From Perna viridis (lineage: Eukaryota), in contig CM074521.1 in NCBI GenBank assembly GCA_037379345.1, forward strand, positions 26,064,704 through 26,128,703: a stretch of 64,000 nucleotides of DNA, in the 5' to 3' direction. The translations under genes and the position numbers were made by a program. The notes below the pieces were generated by a model. That model did no database searches, was not told where the DNA came from, and saw only the letters and a program-made list of their open reading frames with translations. Positions 12,201-27,200 of the stretch are shown in pieces (positions within the stretch are counted from its first letter, which is position 1; each line of letters starts with the position of its first letter).

Positions 12201-15200
12201 TCTAGGATTTACGAGTCATCCACTGTACGGTTTATTTGAATTGCAAAGAAAAAATCTAATATGATAACTGCGAAGAAAGCATACCTGTTTTGTTGTCACT
12301 GAACCATCGGGATTAGTGAATTTCACTGTAAATGATTTAATGTTGTCCGTTGACACCAGCTTAACTTCTTTTACAGGTCTTTCTTCTGACGGTGTGTATA
12401 CTATGGAAAGTGTTGGTTCAGAACTTTCAAATGGAGTATCAGAGGTTGGTCTCAGGTTCTCAATATTTCCTGTTTTGTCACTCACAGATAATTCACTACT
12501 TGGAATAAATGTAGGTGACTCCATACCATCTGTTATTTCACAAAGAGGAGTTGTACTGGCTGTTCCTGTAAAACAATCAGGTCACTCTCGTCATTACATG
12601 CAAAGAAAACATAATTTGTTATTTCTCGAACCATTTTAAGTTGACAAAATCAATTGAATTTTTAGACAAGTGTATCATCTCTTCCAACAGAACTTTTGTA
12701 CTTGACAGTTGCATAAACAGTATCAAATATTTCTGAACTAACCTGTACTTGATGTACTTGGTGGTGCAGTTGTACTGGTTACTTTCTTTGAGACAGAAGA
12801 AACAGGTGTGGTAGCAGTTGTTGTTGATTCTGCAAAATAATTAAGAATATCAATTGTTTGTGACAAAGATAAAAGATTATTGCACAACAAATGTTATGAA
12901 AACCAAAATCTTTAAAAGTATTAAAAGTATTGTCACATAACTACAATGCACAAACTGATGTCTACCAAAAATGATGCTAAGGTATTGTTTTGTTGATTTC
13001 CACTGTTCTTAACAAATAAAATAATTAATATTCCATCATATAAAAGTCACATACCAAGTTCAAAGCAAGCATGGATCTGTACTTGGAGCTTGACTGGTTT
13101 GTAGGCATCAATCTTATCTTGAGGAGTTATGATGATTTCAACTTTCTTCACATCTGGTTCAGTTCCTACATTTGTTGCTACTTCATTCACAGGAACCTGA
13201 AATAAGGCAATATGATTTTAATCAACTACCAAATGGCAAATCATGCTCACTACCACCACATTCAATTGCACAAAAATACACAGACAAACATTTTTCAATT
13301 TATTTGGTATGAACACTCATGAAAAAATACAGATACAAACACGACAAAAGTTCAATATCCTACCTGTTTTGTTGTCACAGTGCCATCAGGAGCAGTGAAT
13401 TTCACAGTGAATGATTTAATGTTATCAGTTGAAACCAATTTCACTTCTTTTATAGGTCTCTCCTCTGAAGGTGTGTATTCCACAGAAAGTGTTGGTTGGG
13501 AACTTTCAAATGGGGTCTTAGATGTTGGTCTCAAGTCTTCAACATTTCCTGTACTATCACTAACAGACAATTCACTACTTGGAATATATGTTGGTGACTC
13601 CATACCATCTGTTATTTCGCAAACAGGAGTTGTACTGGCAGTTCCTGTAAAGCAACAAAAACTCCAATCAATATCAGCTGCTGTAAGTTCTGTTTGCCAG
13701 AAATATTTCTCAACAAAACATGTTCTGTTGACTCAAAAAGTGATGGTTCACATTTTTATACAGATGTAAGGGATATAACAAAACGTACCTGTAGTAGTAA
13801 TGCCTGGTGGTGTGGCTGTACTTGAAACTTTCTCTGAGGTTGAACTTACAGCAGTGGTTACTGTAGTTGTTGATTCTATGAAAGAAAACCAATAGACACT
13901 GTAACTACATAGATCAAATTAATAGACTGATACCTACATTACAAATCAGATTTATAACAGAATTTAACACTGACTGCATGTTCAGGAAAAGATTGTGTAT
14001 TCAAAACAAAGCAAAAAAAAGAACAGATGACTGGAAAATAATCAAATGACTTATTATCTAATTTCGGCAATTAGTATTCTTCAAGAAAACAATTTTAAAC
14101 AACTGATTTGATACTGCCAACATTATTCACTGAAACACCAATCAAACTGATCACTGATGTTTTGGTATATTCATTCAACCACAATAAGGCATTCACATAC
14201 GTACCAACTTCAAAGCAAGCATGTATCTGTATTTGGAGTTTGACTGGTTTGTAAGCGTCAATTTTGTCCTCAGGTGTTACAATAATTTCAACTTTCTTTA
14301 CAAATGGTCTTGTTCCAACACTTGTTGCAACCTCATCCACAGGTACCTGTACAAAAATCAAAACCATGTATATACAACCTTTCTACATGTAGCAATCAAA
14401 GCATAACCATAATCACAATATTAGTTATGCAAAATGTCTAGGATTTACGAGTCATCCACTGTACGGTTTATTTGAATTGCAAAGAAAAAATCTAATATGA
14501 TAACTGCGAAGAAAGCATACCTGTTTTGTTGTCACTGAACCATCGGGATTAGTGAATTTCACTGTAAATGATTTAATGTTGTCCGTTGACACCAGCTTAA
14601 CTTCTTTTACAGGTCTTTCTTCTGACGGTGTGTATACTATGGAAAGTGTTGGTTCAGAACTTTCAAATGGAGTATCAGAGGTTGGTCTCAGGTTCTCAAT
14701 ATTTCCTGTTTTGTCACTCACAGATAATTCACTACTTGGAATAAATGTAGGTGACTCCATACCATCTGTTATTTCACAAAGAGGAGTTGTACTGGCTGTT
14801 CCTGTAAAACAATCAGGTCACTCTCGTCATTACATGCAAAGAAAACATAATTTGTTATTTCTCGAACCATTTTAAGTTGACAAAATCAATTGAATTTTTA
14901 GACAAGTGTATCATCTCTTCCAACAGAACTTTTGTACTTGACAGTTGCATAAACAGTATCAAATATTTCTGAACTAACCTGTACTTGATGTACTTGGTGG
15001 TGCAGTTGTACTGGTTACTTTCTTTGAGACAGAAGAAACAGGTGTGGTAGCAGTTGTTGTTGATTCTGCAAAATAATTAAGAATATCAATTGTTTGTGAC
15101 AAAGATAAAAGATTATTGCACAACAAATGTTATGAAAACCAAAATCTTTAAAAGTATTAAAAGTATTGTCAAATAACTACAATGCACAAACTGATGTCTA

Positions 15201-18200
15201 CCAAAAATGATGCTAAGGTATTGTTTTGTTGATTTCCACTGTTCTTAACAAATAAAATAATTAATATTCCATCATATAAAAGTCACATACCAAGTTCAAA
15301 GCAAGCATGGATCTGTACTTGGAGCTTGACTGGTTTGTAGGCATCAATCTTATCTTGAGGAGTTATGATGATTTCAACTTTCTTCACATCTGGTTCAGTT
15401 CCTACATTTGTTGCTACTTCATTCACAGGAACCTGAAATAAGGCAATATGATTTTAATCAACTACCAAATGGCAAATCATGCTCACTACCACCACATTCA
15501 ATTGCACAAAAATACACAGACAAACATCTTTCAATTTATTTGGTATGAACACTCATGAAAAAATACAGATACAAACACGACAAAAGTTCAATATCCTACC
15601 TGTTTTGTTGTCACAGTGCCATCAGGAGCAGTGAATTTCACAGTGAATGATTTAATGTTATCAGTTGAAACCAATTTCACTTCTTTTATAGGTCTCTCCT
15701 CTGAAGGTGTGTATTCCACAGAAAGTGTTGGTTGGGAACTTTCAAATGGGGTCTTAGATGTTGGTCTCAAGTCTTCAACATTTCCTGTACTATCACTAAC
15801 AGACAATTCACTACTTGGAATAAATGTTGGTGACTCCATACCATCTGTTATTTCGCAAACAGGAGTTGTACTGGCAGTTCCTGTAAAGCAACAAAAACTC
15901 CAATCAATATCAGCTGCTGTAAGTTCTGTTTGCCAGAAATATTTCTCAACAAAACATGTTCTGTTGACTCAAAAAGTGATGGTCCACATTTTTATACAGA
16001 TGTAAGGGATATAACAAAACGTACCTGTAGTAGTAATGCCTGGTGGTGTGGCTGTACTTGAAACTTTCTCTGAGGTTGAACTTACAGCAGTGGTTACTGT
16101 AGTTGTTGATTCTATGAAAGAAAACCAATAGACACTGTAACTACATAGATCAAATTAATAGACTGATACCTACATTACAAATCAGATTTATAACAGAATT
16201 TAACACTGACTGCATGTTCAGGAAAAGATTGTGTATTCAAAACAAAGCAAAAAAACAACAGATGACTGGAAAATAATCAAATGACTTATTATCTAATCTC
16301 GGCAATTAGTATTCTTCAAGAAAACAATTTTTAACAACTGATTTGATACTGCCAACATTATTCACTGAAACACCAATCAAACTGATCACTGATGTTTTGG
16401 TATATTCATTCAACCACAATAAGGCATTCACATACGTACCAACTTCAAAGCAAGCATGTATCTGTATTTGGAGTTTGACTGGTTTGTAAGCGTCAATTTT
16501 GTCCTCAGGTGTTACAATAATTTCAACTTTCTTTACAAATGGTCTTGTTCCAACACTTGTTGCAACCTCATCCACAGGTACCTGTACAAAAATCAAAACC
16601 ATGTATATACAACCTTTCTACATGTAGCAATCAAAGCATAACCATAATCACAATATTAGTTATGCAAAATGTCTAGGATTTACGAGTCATTCACTGTACG
16701 GTTTATTTGAATTGCAAAGAAAAAATCTAATATGATAACTGCGAAGAAAGCATACCTGTTTTGTTGTCACTGAACCATCGGGATTAGTGAATTTCACTGT
16801 AAATGATTTAATGTTGTCCGTTGACACCAGCTTAACTTCTTTTACAGGTCTTTCTTCTGACGGTGTGTATACTATGGAAAGTGTTGGTTCAGAACTTTCA
16901 AATGGAGTATCAGAGGTTGGTCTCAGGTTCTCAATATTTCCTGTTTTGTCACTCACAGATAATTCACTACTTGGAATAAATGTAGGTGACTCCATACCAT
17001 CTGTTATTTCACAAAGAGGAGTTGTACTGGCTGTTCCTGTAAAACAATCAGGTCACTCTCGTCATTACATGCAAAGAAAACATAATTTGTTATTTCTCGA
17101 ACCATTTTAAGTTGACAAAATCAATTGAATTTTTAGACAAGTGTATCATCTCTTCCAACAGAACTTTTGTACTTGACAGTTGCATAAACAGTATCAAATA
17201 TTTCTGAACTAACCTGTACTTGATGTACTTGGTGGTGCAGTTGTACTGGTTACTTTCTTTGAGACAGAAGAAACAGGTGTGGTAGCAGTTGTTGTTGATT
17301 CTGCAAAATAATTAAGAATATCAATTGTTTGTGACAAAGATAAAAGATTATTGCACAACAAATGTTATGAAAACCAAAATCTTTAAAAGTATTAAAAGTA
17401 TTGTCACATAACTACAATGCACAAACTGATGTCTACCAAAAATGATGCTAAGGTATTGTTTTGTTGATTTCCACTGTTCTTAACAAATAAAATAATTAAT
17501 ATTCCATCATATAAAAGTCACATACCAAGTTCAAAGCAAGCATGGATCTGTACTTGGAGCTTGACTGGTTTGTAGGCATCAATCTTATCTTGAGGAGTTA
17601 TGATGATTTCAACTTTCTTCACATCTGGTTCAGTTCCTACATTTGTTGCTACTTCATTCACAGGAACCTGAAATAAGGCAATATGATTTTAATCAACTAC
17701 CAAATGGCAAATCATGCTCACTACCACCACATTCAATTGCACAAAAATACACAGACAAACATCTTTCAATTTATTTGGTATGAACACTCATGAAAAAATA
17801 CAGATACAAACACGACAAAAGTTCAATATCCTACCTGTTTTGTTGTCACAGTGCCATCAGGAGCAGTGAATTTCACAGTGAATGATTTAATGTTATCAGT
17901 TGAAACCAATTTCACTTCTTTTATAGGTCTCTCCTCTGAAGGTGTGTATTCCACAGAAAGTGTTGGTTGGGAACTTTCAAATGGGGTCTTAGATGTTGGT
18001 CTCAAGTCTTCAACATTTCCTGTACTATCACTAACAGACAATTCACTACTTGGAATAAATGTTGGTGACTCCATACCATCTGTTATTTCGCAAACAGGAG
18101 TTGTACTGGCAGTTCCTGTAAAGCAACAAAAACTCCAATCAATATCAGCTGCTGTAAGTTCTGTTTGCCAGAAATATTTCTCAACAAAACATGTTCTGTT

Positions 18201-21200
18201 GACTCAAAAAGTGATGGTCCACATTTTTATACAGATGTAAGGGATATAACAAAACGTACCTGTAGTAGTAATGCCTGGTGGTGTGGCTGTACTTGAAACT
18301 TTCTCTGAGGTTGAACTTACAGCAGTGGTTACTGTAGTTGTTGATTCTATGAAAGAAAACCAATAGACACTGTAACTACATAGATCAAATTAATAGACTG
18401 ATACCTACATTACAAATCAGATTTATAACAGAATTTAACACTGACTGCATGTTCAGGAAAAGATTGTGTATTCAAAACAAAGCAAAAAAACAACAGATGA
18501 CTGGAAAATAATCAAATGACTTATTATCTAATCTCGGCAATTAGTATTCTTCAAGAAAACAATTTTTAACAACTGATTTGATACTGCCAACATTATTCAC
18601 TGAAACACCAATCAAACTGATCACTGATGTTTTGGTATATTCATTCAACCACAATAAGGCATTCACATACGTACCAACTTCAAAGCAAGCATGTATCTGT
18701 ATTTGGAGTTTGACTGGTTTGTAAGCGTCAATTTTGTCCTCAGGTGTTACAATAATTTCAACTTTCTTTACAAATGGTCTTGTTCCAACACTTGTTGCAA
18801 CCTCATCCACAGGTACCTGTACAAAAATTAAAACCATGTATATACAACCTTTCTACATGTAGCAATCAAAGCATAACCATAATCACAATATTAGTTATGC
18901 AAAATGTCTAGGATTTACGAGTCATTCACTGTACGGTTTATTTGAATTGCAAAGAAAAACTCTAATATGATAACTGCGAAGAAAGCATACCTGTTTTGTT
19001 GTCACTGAACCATCGGGATTAGTGAATTTCACTGTAAATGATTTAATGTTGTCCGTTGACACCAGCTTAACTTCTTTTACAGGTCTTTCTTCTGACGGTG
19101 TGTATACTATGGAAAGTGTTGGTTCAGAACTTTCAAATGGAGTATCAGAGGTTGGTCTCAGGTTCTCAATATTTCCTGTTTTGTCACTCACAGATAATTC
19201 ACTACTTGGAATAAATGTAGGTGACTCCATACCATCTGTTATTTCACAAAGAGGAGTTGTACTGGCTGTTCCTGTAAAACAATCAGGTCACTCTCGTCAT
19301 TACATGCAAAGAAAACATAATTTGTTATTTCTCGAACCATTTTAAGTTGACAAAATCAATTGAATTTTTAGACAAGTGTATCATCTCTTCCAACAGAACT
19401 TTTGTACTTGACAGTTGCATAAACAGTATCAAATATTTCTGAACTAACCTGTACTTGATGTACTTGGTGGTGCAGTTGTACTGGTTACTTTCTTTGAGAC
19501 AGAAGAAACAGGTGTGGTAGCAGTTGTTGTTGATTCTGCAAAATAATTAAGAATATCAATTGTTTGTGACAAAGATAAAAGATTATTGCACAACAAATGT
19601 TATGAAAACCAAAATCTTTAAAAGTATTAAAAGTATTGTCACATAACTACAATGCACAAACTGATGTCTACCAAAAATGATGCTAAGGTATTGTTTCGTT
19701 GATTTCCACTGTTCTTAACAAATAAAATAATTAATATTCCATCATATAAAAGTCACATACCAAGTTCAAAGCAAGCATGGATCTGTACTTGGAGCTTGAC
19801 TGGTTTGTAGGCATCAATCTTATCTTGAGGAGTTATGATGATTTCAACTTTCTTCACATCTGGTTCAGTTCCTACATTTGTTGCTACTTCATTCACAGGA
19901 ACCTGAAATAAGGCAATATGATTTTAATCAACTACCAAATGGCAAATCATGCTCACTACCACCACATTCAATTGCACAAAAATACACAGACAAACATCTT
20001 TCAATTTATTTGGTATGAACACTCATGAAAAAATACAGATACAAACACGACAAAAGTTCAATATCCTACCTGTTTTGTTGTCACAGTGCCATCAGGAGCA
20101 GTGAATTTCACAGTGAATGATTTAATGTTATCAGTTGAAACCAATTTCACTTCTTTTATAGGTCTCTCCTCTGAAGGTGTGTATTCCACAGAAAGTGTTG
20201 GTTGGGAACTTTCAAATGGGGTCTTAGATGTTGGTCTCAAGTCTTCAACATTTCCTGTACTATCACTAACAGACAATTCACTACTTGGAATAAATGTTGG
20301 TGACTCCATACCATCTGTTATTTCGCAAACAGGAGTTGTACTGGCAGTTCCTGTAAAGCAACAAAAACTCCAATCAATATCAGCTGCTGTAAGTTCTGTT
20401 TGCCAGAAATATTTCTCAACAAAACATGTTCTGTTGACTCAAAAAGTGATGGTCCACATTTTTATACAGATGTAAGGGATATAACAAAACGTACCTGTAG
20501 TAGTAATGCCTGGTGGTGTGGCTGTACTTGAAACTTTCTCCGAGGTTGAACTTACAGCAGTGGTTACTGTAGTTGTTGATTCTATGAAAGAAAACCAATA
20601 GACACTGTAACTACATAGATCAAATTAATAGACTGATACCTACATTACAAATCAGATTTATAACAGAATTTAACACTGACTGCATGTTCAGGAAAAGATT
20701 GTGTATTCAAAACAAAGCAAAAAAAAGAACAGATGACTGGAAAATAATCAAATGACTTATTATCTAATTTCAGCAATTAGTATTCTTCAAGAAAACAATT
20801 TTAAACAACTGATTTGATACTGCCAACATTATTCACTGAAACACCAATCAAACTGATCACTGATGTTTTGGTATATTCATTCAACCACAATAAGGCATTC
20901 ACATACGTACCAACTTCAAAGCAAGCATGTATCTGTATTTGGAGTTTGACTGGTTTGTAAGCGTCAATTTTGTCCTCAGGTGTTACAATAATTTCAACTT
21001 TCTTTACAAATGGTCTTGTTCCAACACTTGTTGCAACCTCATCCACAGGTACCTGTACAAAAATCAAAACCATGTATATACAACCTTTCTACATGTAGCA
21101 ATCAAAGCATAACCATAATCACAATATTAGTTATGCAAAATGTCTAGGATTTATGAGTCATTCACTGTACGGTTTATTTGAATTGCAAAGAAAAACTCCA

Positions 21201-24200
21201 ACATGATAACTGCGAAGAAAGCATACCTGTTTTGTTGTCACTGAACCATCGGGATTAGTGAATTTCACTGTAAATGATTTAATGTTGTCCGTTGACACCA
21301 GCTTAACTTCTTTTACAGGTCTTTCTTCTGACGGTGTGTATACTATGGAAAGTGTTGGTTCAGAACTTTCAAATGGAGTATCAGAGGTTGGTCTCAGGTT
21401 CTCAATATTTCCTGTTTTGTCACTCACAGATAATTCACTACTTGGAATAAATGTAGGTGACTCCATACCATCTGTTATTTCACAAAGAGGAGTTGTACTG
21501 GCTGTTCCTGTAAAACAATCAGGTCACTCTCGTCATTACATGCAAAGAAAACATAATTTGTTATTTCTCGAACCATTTTAAGTTGACAAAATCAATTGAA
21601 TTTTTAGACAAGTGTATCATCTCTTCCAACAGAACTTTTGTACTTGACAGTTGCATAAACAGTATCAAATATTTCTGAACTAACCTGTACTTGATGTACT
21701 TGGTGGTGCAGTTGTACTGGTTACTTTCTTTGAGACAGAAGAAACAGGTGTGGTAGCAGTTGTTGTTGATTCTGCAAAATAATTAAGAATATCAATTGTT
21801 TGTGACAAAGATAAAAGATTATTGCACAACAAATGTTATGAAAACCAAAATCTTTAAAAGTATTAAAAGTATTGTCACATAACTACAATGCACAAACTGA
21901 TGTCTACCAAAAATGATGCTAAGGTATTGTTTTGTTGATTTCCACGGTTTTTAACAAATAAAATAATTAATATTCCATCATATAAAAGTCACATACCAAG
22001 TTCAAAGCAAGCATGGATCTGTACTTGGAGCTTGACTGGTTTGTAGGCATCAATCTTATCTTGAGGAGTTATGATGATTTCAACTTTCTTCACATCTGGT
22101 TCAGTTCCTACATTTGTTGCTACTTCATTCACAGGAACCTGAAATAAGGCAATATGATTTTAATCAACTACCAAATGGCAAATCATGCTCACTACCACCA
22201 CATTCAATTGCACAAAAATACACAGACAAACATCTTTCAATTTATTTGGTATGAACACTCATGAAAAAATACAGATACAAACACGACAAAAGTTCAATAT
22301 CCTACCTGTTTTGTTGTCACAGTGCCATCAGGAGCAGTGAATTTCACAGTGAATGATTTAATGTTATCAGTTGAAACCAATTTCACTTCTTTTATAGGTC
22401 TCTCCTCTGAAGGTGTGTATTCCACAGAAAGTGTTGGTTGGGAACTTTCAAATGGGGTCTTAGATGTTGGTCTCAAGTCTTCAACATTTCCTGTACTATC
22501 ACTAACAGACAATTCACTACTTGGAATAAATGTTGGTGACTCCATACCATCTGTTATTTCGCAAACAGGAGTTGTACTGGCAGTTCCTGTAAAGCAACAA
22601 AAACTCCAATCAATATCAGCTGCTGTAAGTTCTGTTTGCCAGAAATATTTCTCAACAAAACATGTTCTGTTGACTCAAAAAGTGATGGTCCACATTTTTA
22701 TACAGATGTAAGGGATATAACAAAACGTACCTGTAGTAGTAATGCCTGGTGGTGTGGCTGTACTTGAAACTTTCTCCGAGGTTGAACTTACAGCAGTGGT
22801 TACTGTAGTTGTTGATTCTATGAAAGAAAACCAATAGACACTGTAACTACATAGATCAAATTAATAGACTGATACCTACATTACAAATCAGATTTATAAC
22901 AGAATTTAACACTGACTGCATGTTCAGGAAAAGATTGTGTATTCAAAACAAAGCAAAAAAAAAAAGAACAGATGACTGGAAAATAATCAAATGACTTATT
23001 ATCTAATTTCAGCAATTAGTATTCTTCAAGAAAACAATTTTAAACAACTGATTTGATACTGCCAACATTATTCACTGAAACACCAATCAAACTGATCACT
23101 GATGTTTTGGTATATTCATTCAACCACAATAAGGCATTCACATACGTACCAACTTCAAAGCAAGCATGTATCTGTATTTGGAGTTTGACTGGTTTGTAAG
23201 CGTCAATTTTGTCCTCAGGTGTTACAATAATTTCAACTTTCTTTACAAATGGTCTTGTTCCAACACTTGTTGCAACCTCATCCACAGGTACCTGTACAAA
23301 AATCAAAACCATGTATATACAACCTTTCTACATGTAGCAATCAAAGCATAACCATAATCACAATATTAGTTATGCAAAATGTCTAGGATTTACGAGTCAT
23401 CCACTGTACGGTTTATTTGAATTGCAAAGAAAAAATCTAATATGATAACTGCGAAGAAAGCATACCTGTTTTGTTGTCACTGAACCATCGGGATTAGTGA
23501 ATTTCACTGTAAATGATTTAATGTTGTCCGTTGACACCAGCTTAACTTCTTTTACAGGTCTTTCTTCTGACGGTGTGTATACTATGGAAAGTGTTGGTTC
23601 AGAACTTTCAAATGGAGTATCAGAGGTTGGTCTCAGGTTCTCAATATTTCCTGTTTTGTCACTCACAGATAATTCACTACTTGGAATAAATGTAGGTGAC
23701 TCCATACCATCTGTTATTTCACAAAGAGGAGTTGTACTGGCTGTTCCTGTAAAACAATCAGGTCACTCTCGTCATTACATGCAAAGAAAACATAATTTGT
23801 TATTTCTCGAACCATTTTAAGTTGACAAAATCAATTGAATTTTTAGACAAGTGCATCATCTCTTCCAACAGAACTTTTGTACTTGACAGTTGCATAAACA
23901 GTATCAAATATTTCTGAACTAACCTGTACTTGATGTACTTGGTGGTGCAGTTGTACTGGTTACTTTCTTTGAGACAGAAGAAACAGGTGTGGTAGCAGTT
24001 GTTGTTGATTCTGCAAAATAATTAAGAATATCAATTGTTTGTGACAAAGATAAAAGATTATTGCACAACAAATGTTATGAAAACCAAAATCTTTAAAAGT
24101 ATTGTCACATAACTACAATGCACAAACTGATGTCTACCAAAAATGATGCTAAGGTATTGTTTTGTTGATTTCCACTGTTCTTAACAAATAAAATAATTAA

Positions 24201-27200
24201 TATTCCATCATATAAAAGTCACATACCAAGTTCAAAGCAAGCATGGATCTGTACTTGGAGCTTGACTGGTTTGTAGGCATCAATCTTATCTTGAGGAGTT
24301 ATGATGATTTCAACTTTCTTCACATCTGGTTCAGTTCCTACATTTGTTGCTACTTCATTCACAGGAACCTGAAATAAGGCAATATGATTTTAATCAACTA
24401 CCAAATGGCAAATCATGCTCACTACCACCACATTCAATTGCACAAAAATACACAGACAAACATCTTTCAATTTATTTGGTATGAACACTCATGAAAAAAT
24501 ACAGATACAAACACGACAAAAGTTCAATATCCTACCTGTTTTGTTGTCACAGTGCCATCAGGAGCAGTGAATTTCACAGTGAATGATTTAATGTTATCAG
24601 TTGAAACCAATTTCACTTCTTTTATAGGTCTCTCCTCTGAAGGTGTGTATTCCACAGAAAGTGTTGGTTGGGAACTTTCAAATGGGGTCTTAGATGTTGG
24701 TCTCAAGTCTTCAACATTTCCTGTACTATCACTAACAGACAATTCACTACTTGGAATAAATGTTGGTGACTCCATACCATCTGTTATTTCGCAAACAGGA
24801 GTTGTACTGGCAGTTCCTGTAAAGCAACAAAAACTCCAATCAATATCAGCTGCTGTAAGTTCTGTTTGCCAGAAATATTTCTCAACAAAACATGTTCTGT
24901 TGACTCAAAAAGTGATGGTCCACATTTTTATACAGATGTAAGGGATATAACAAAACGTACCTGTAGTAGTAATGCCTGGTGGTGTGGCTGTACTTGAAAC
25001 TTTCTCTGAGGTTGAACTTACAGCAGTGGTTACTGTAGTTGTTGATTCTATGAAAGAAAACCAATAGACACTGTAACTACATAGATCAAATTAATAGACT
25101 GATACCTACATTACAAATCAGATTTATAACAGAATTTAACACTGACTGCATGTTCAGGAAAAGATTGTGTATTCAAAACAAAGCAAAAAAAAGAACAGAT
25201 GACTGGAAAATAATCAAATGACTTATTATCTAATTTCGGCAATTAGTATTCTTCAAGAAAACAATTTTAAACAACTGATTTGATACTGCCAACATTATTC
25301 ACTGAAACACCAATCAAACTGATCACTGATGTTTTGGTATATTCATTCAACCACAATAAGGCATTCACATACGTACCAACTTCAAAGCAAGCATGTATCT
25401 GTATTTGGAGTTTGACTGGTTTGTAAGCGTCAATTTTGTCCTCAGGTGTTACAATAATTTCAACTTTCTTTACAAATGGTCTTGTTCCAACACTTGTTGC
25501 AACCTCATCCACAGGTACCTGTACAAAAATTAAAAACATGTATATACAACCTTTCTACATGTAGCAATCAAAGCATAACCATAATCACAATATTAGTTAT
25601 GGAAAATGTCTAGGATTTATGAGTCATTCACTGTACGGTTTATTTGAATTGCAAAGAAAAAATCTAACATGATAACTGCGAAGAAAGCATACCTGTTTTG
25701 TTGTCACTGAACCATCGGGATTAGTGAATTTCACTGTAAATGATTTAATGTTGTCCGTTGACACCAGCTTAACTTCTTTTACAGGTCTTTCTTCTGACGG
25801 TGTGTATACTATGGAAAGTGTTGGTTCAGAACTTTCAAATGGAGTATCAGAGGTTGGTCTCAGGTTCTCAATATTTCCTGTTTTGTCACTCACAGATAAT
25901 TCACTACTTGGAATAAATGTAGGTGACTCCATACCATCTGTTATTTCACAAAGAGGAGTTGTACTGGCTGTTCCTGTAAAACAATCAGGTCACTCTCGTC
26001 ATTACATGCAAAGAAAACATAATTTGTTATTTCTCGAACCATTTTAAGTTGACAAAATCAATTGAATTTTTAGACAAGTGTATCATCTCTTCCAACAGAA
26101 CTTTTGTACTTGACAGTTGCATAAACAGTATCAAATATTTCTGAACTAACCTGTACTTGATGTACTTGGTGGTGCAGTTGTACTGGTTACTTTCTTTGAG
26201 ACAGAAGAAACAGGTGTGGTAGCAGTTGTTGTTGATTCTGCAAAATAATTAAGAATATCAATTGTTTGTGACAAAGATAAAAGATTATTGCACAACAAAT
26301 GCTATGAAAACCAAAATCTTTAAAAGTATTGTCACATAACTACAATGCACAAACTGATGTCTACCAAAAATGATGCTAAGGTATTGTTTCGTTGATTTCC
26401 ACTGTTCTTAACAAATAAAATAATTAATATTCCATCATATAAAAGTCACATACCAAGTTCAAAGCAAGCATGGATCTGTACTTGGAGCTTGACTGGTTTG
26501 TAGGCATCAATCTTATCTTGAGGAGTTATGATGATTTCAACTTTCTTCACATCTGGTTCAGTTCCTACATTTGTTGCTACTTCATTCACAGGAACCTGAA
26601 ATAAGGCAATATGATTTTAATCAACTACCAAATGGCAAATCATGCTCACTACCACCACATTCAATTGCACAAAAATACACAGACAAACATCTTTCAATTT
26701 ATTTGGTATGAACACTCATGAAAAAATACAGATACAAACACGACAAAAGTTCAATATCCTACCTGTTTTGTTGTCACAGTGCCATCAGGAGCAGTGAATT
26801 TCACAGTGAATGATTTAATGTTATCAGTTGAAACCAATTTCACTTCTTTTATAGGTCTCTCCTCTGAAGGTGTGTATTCCACAGAAAGTGTTGGTTGGGA
26901 ACTTTCAAATGGGGTCTTAGATGTTGGTCTCAAGTCTTCAACATTTCCTGTACTATCACTAACAGACAATTCACTACTTGGAATAAATGTTGGTGACTCC
27001 ATACCATCTGTTATTTCGCAAACAGGAGTTGTACTGGCAGTTCCTGTAAAGCAACAAAAACTCCAATCAATATCAGCTGCTGTAAGTTCTGTTTGCCAGA
27101 AATATTTCTCAACAAAACATGTTCTGTTGACTCAAAAAGTGATGGTCCACATTTTTATACAGATGTAAGGGATATAACAAAACGTACCTGTAGTAGTAAT

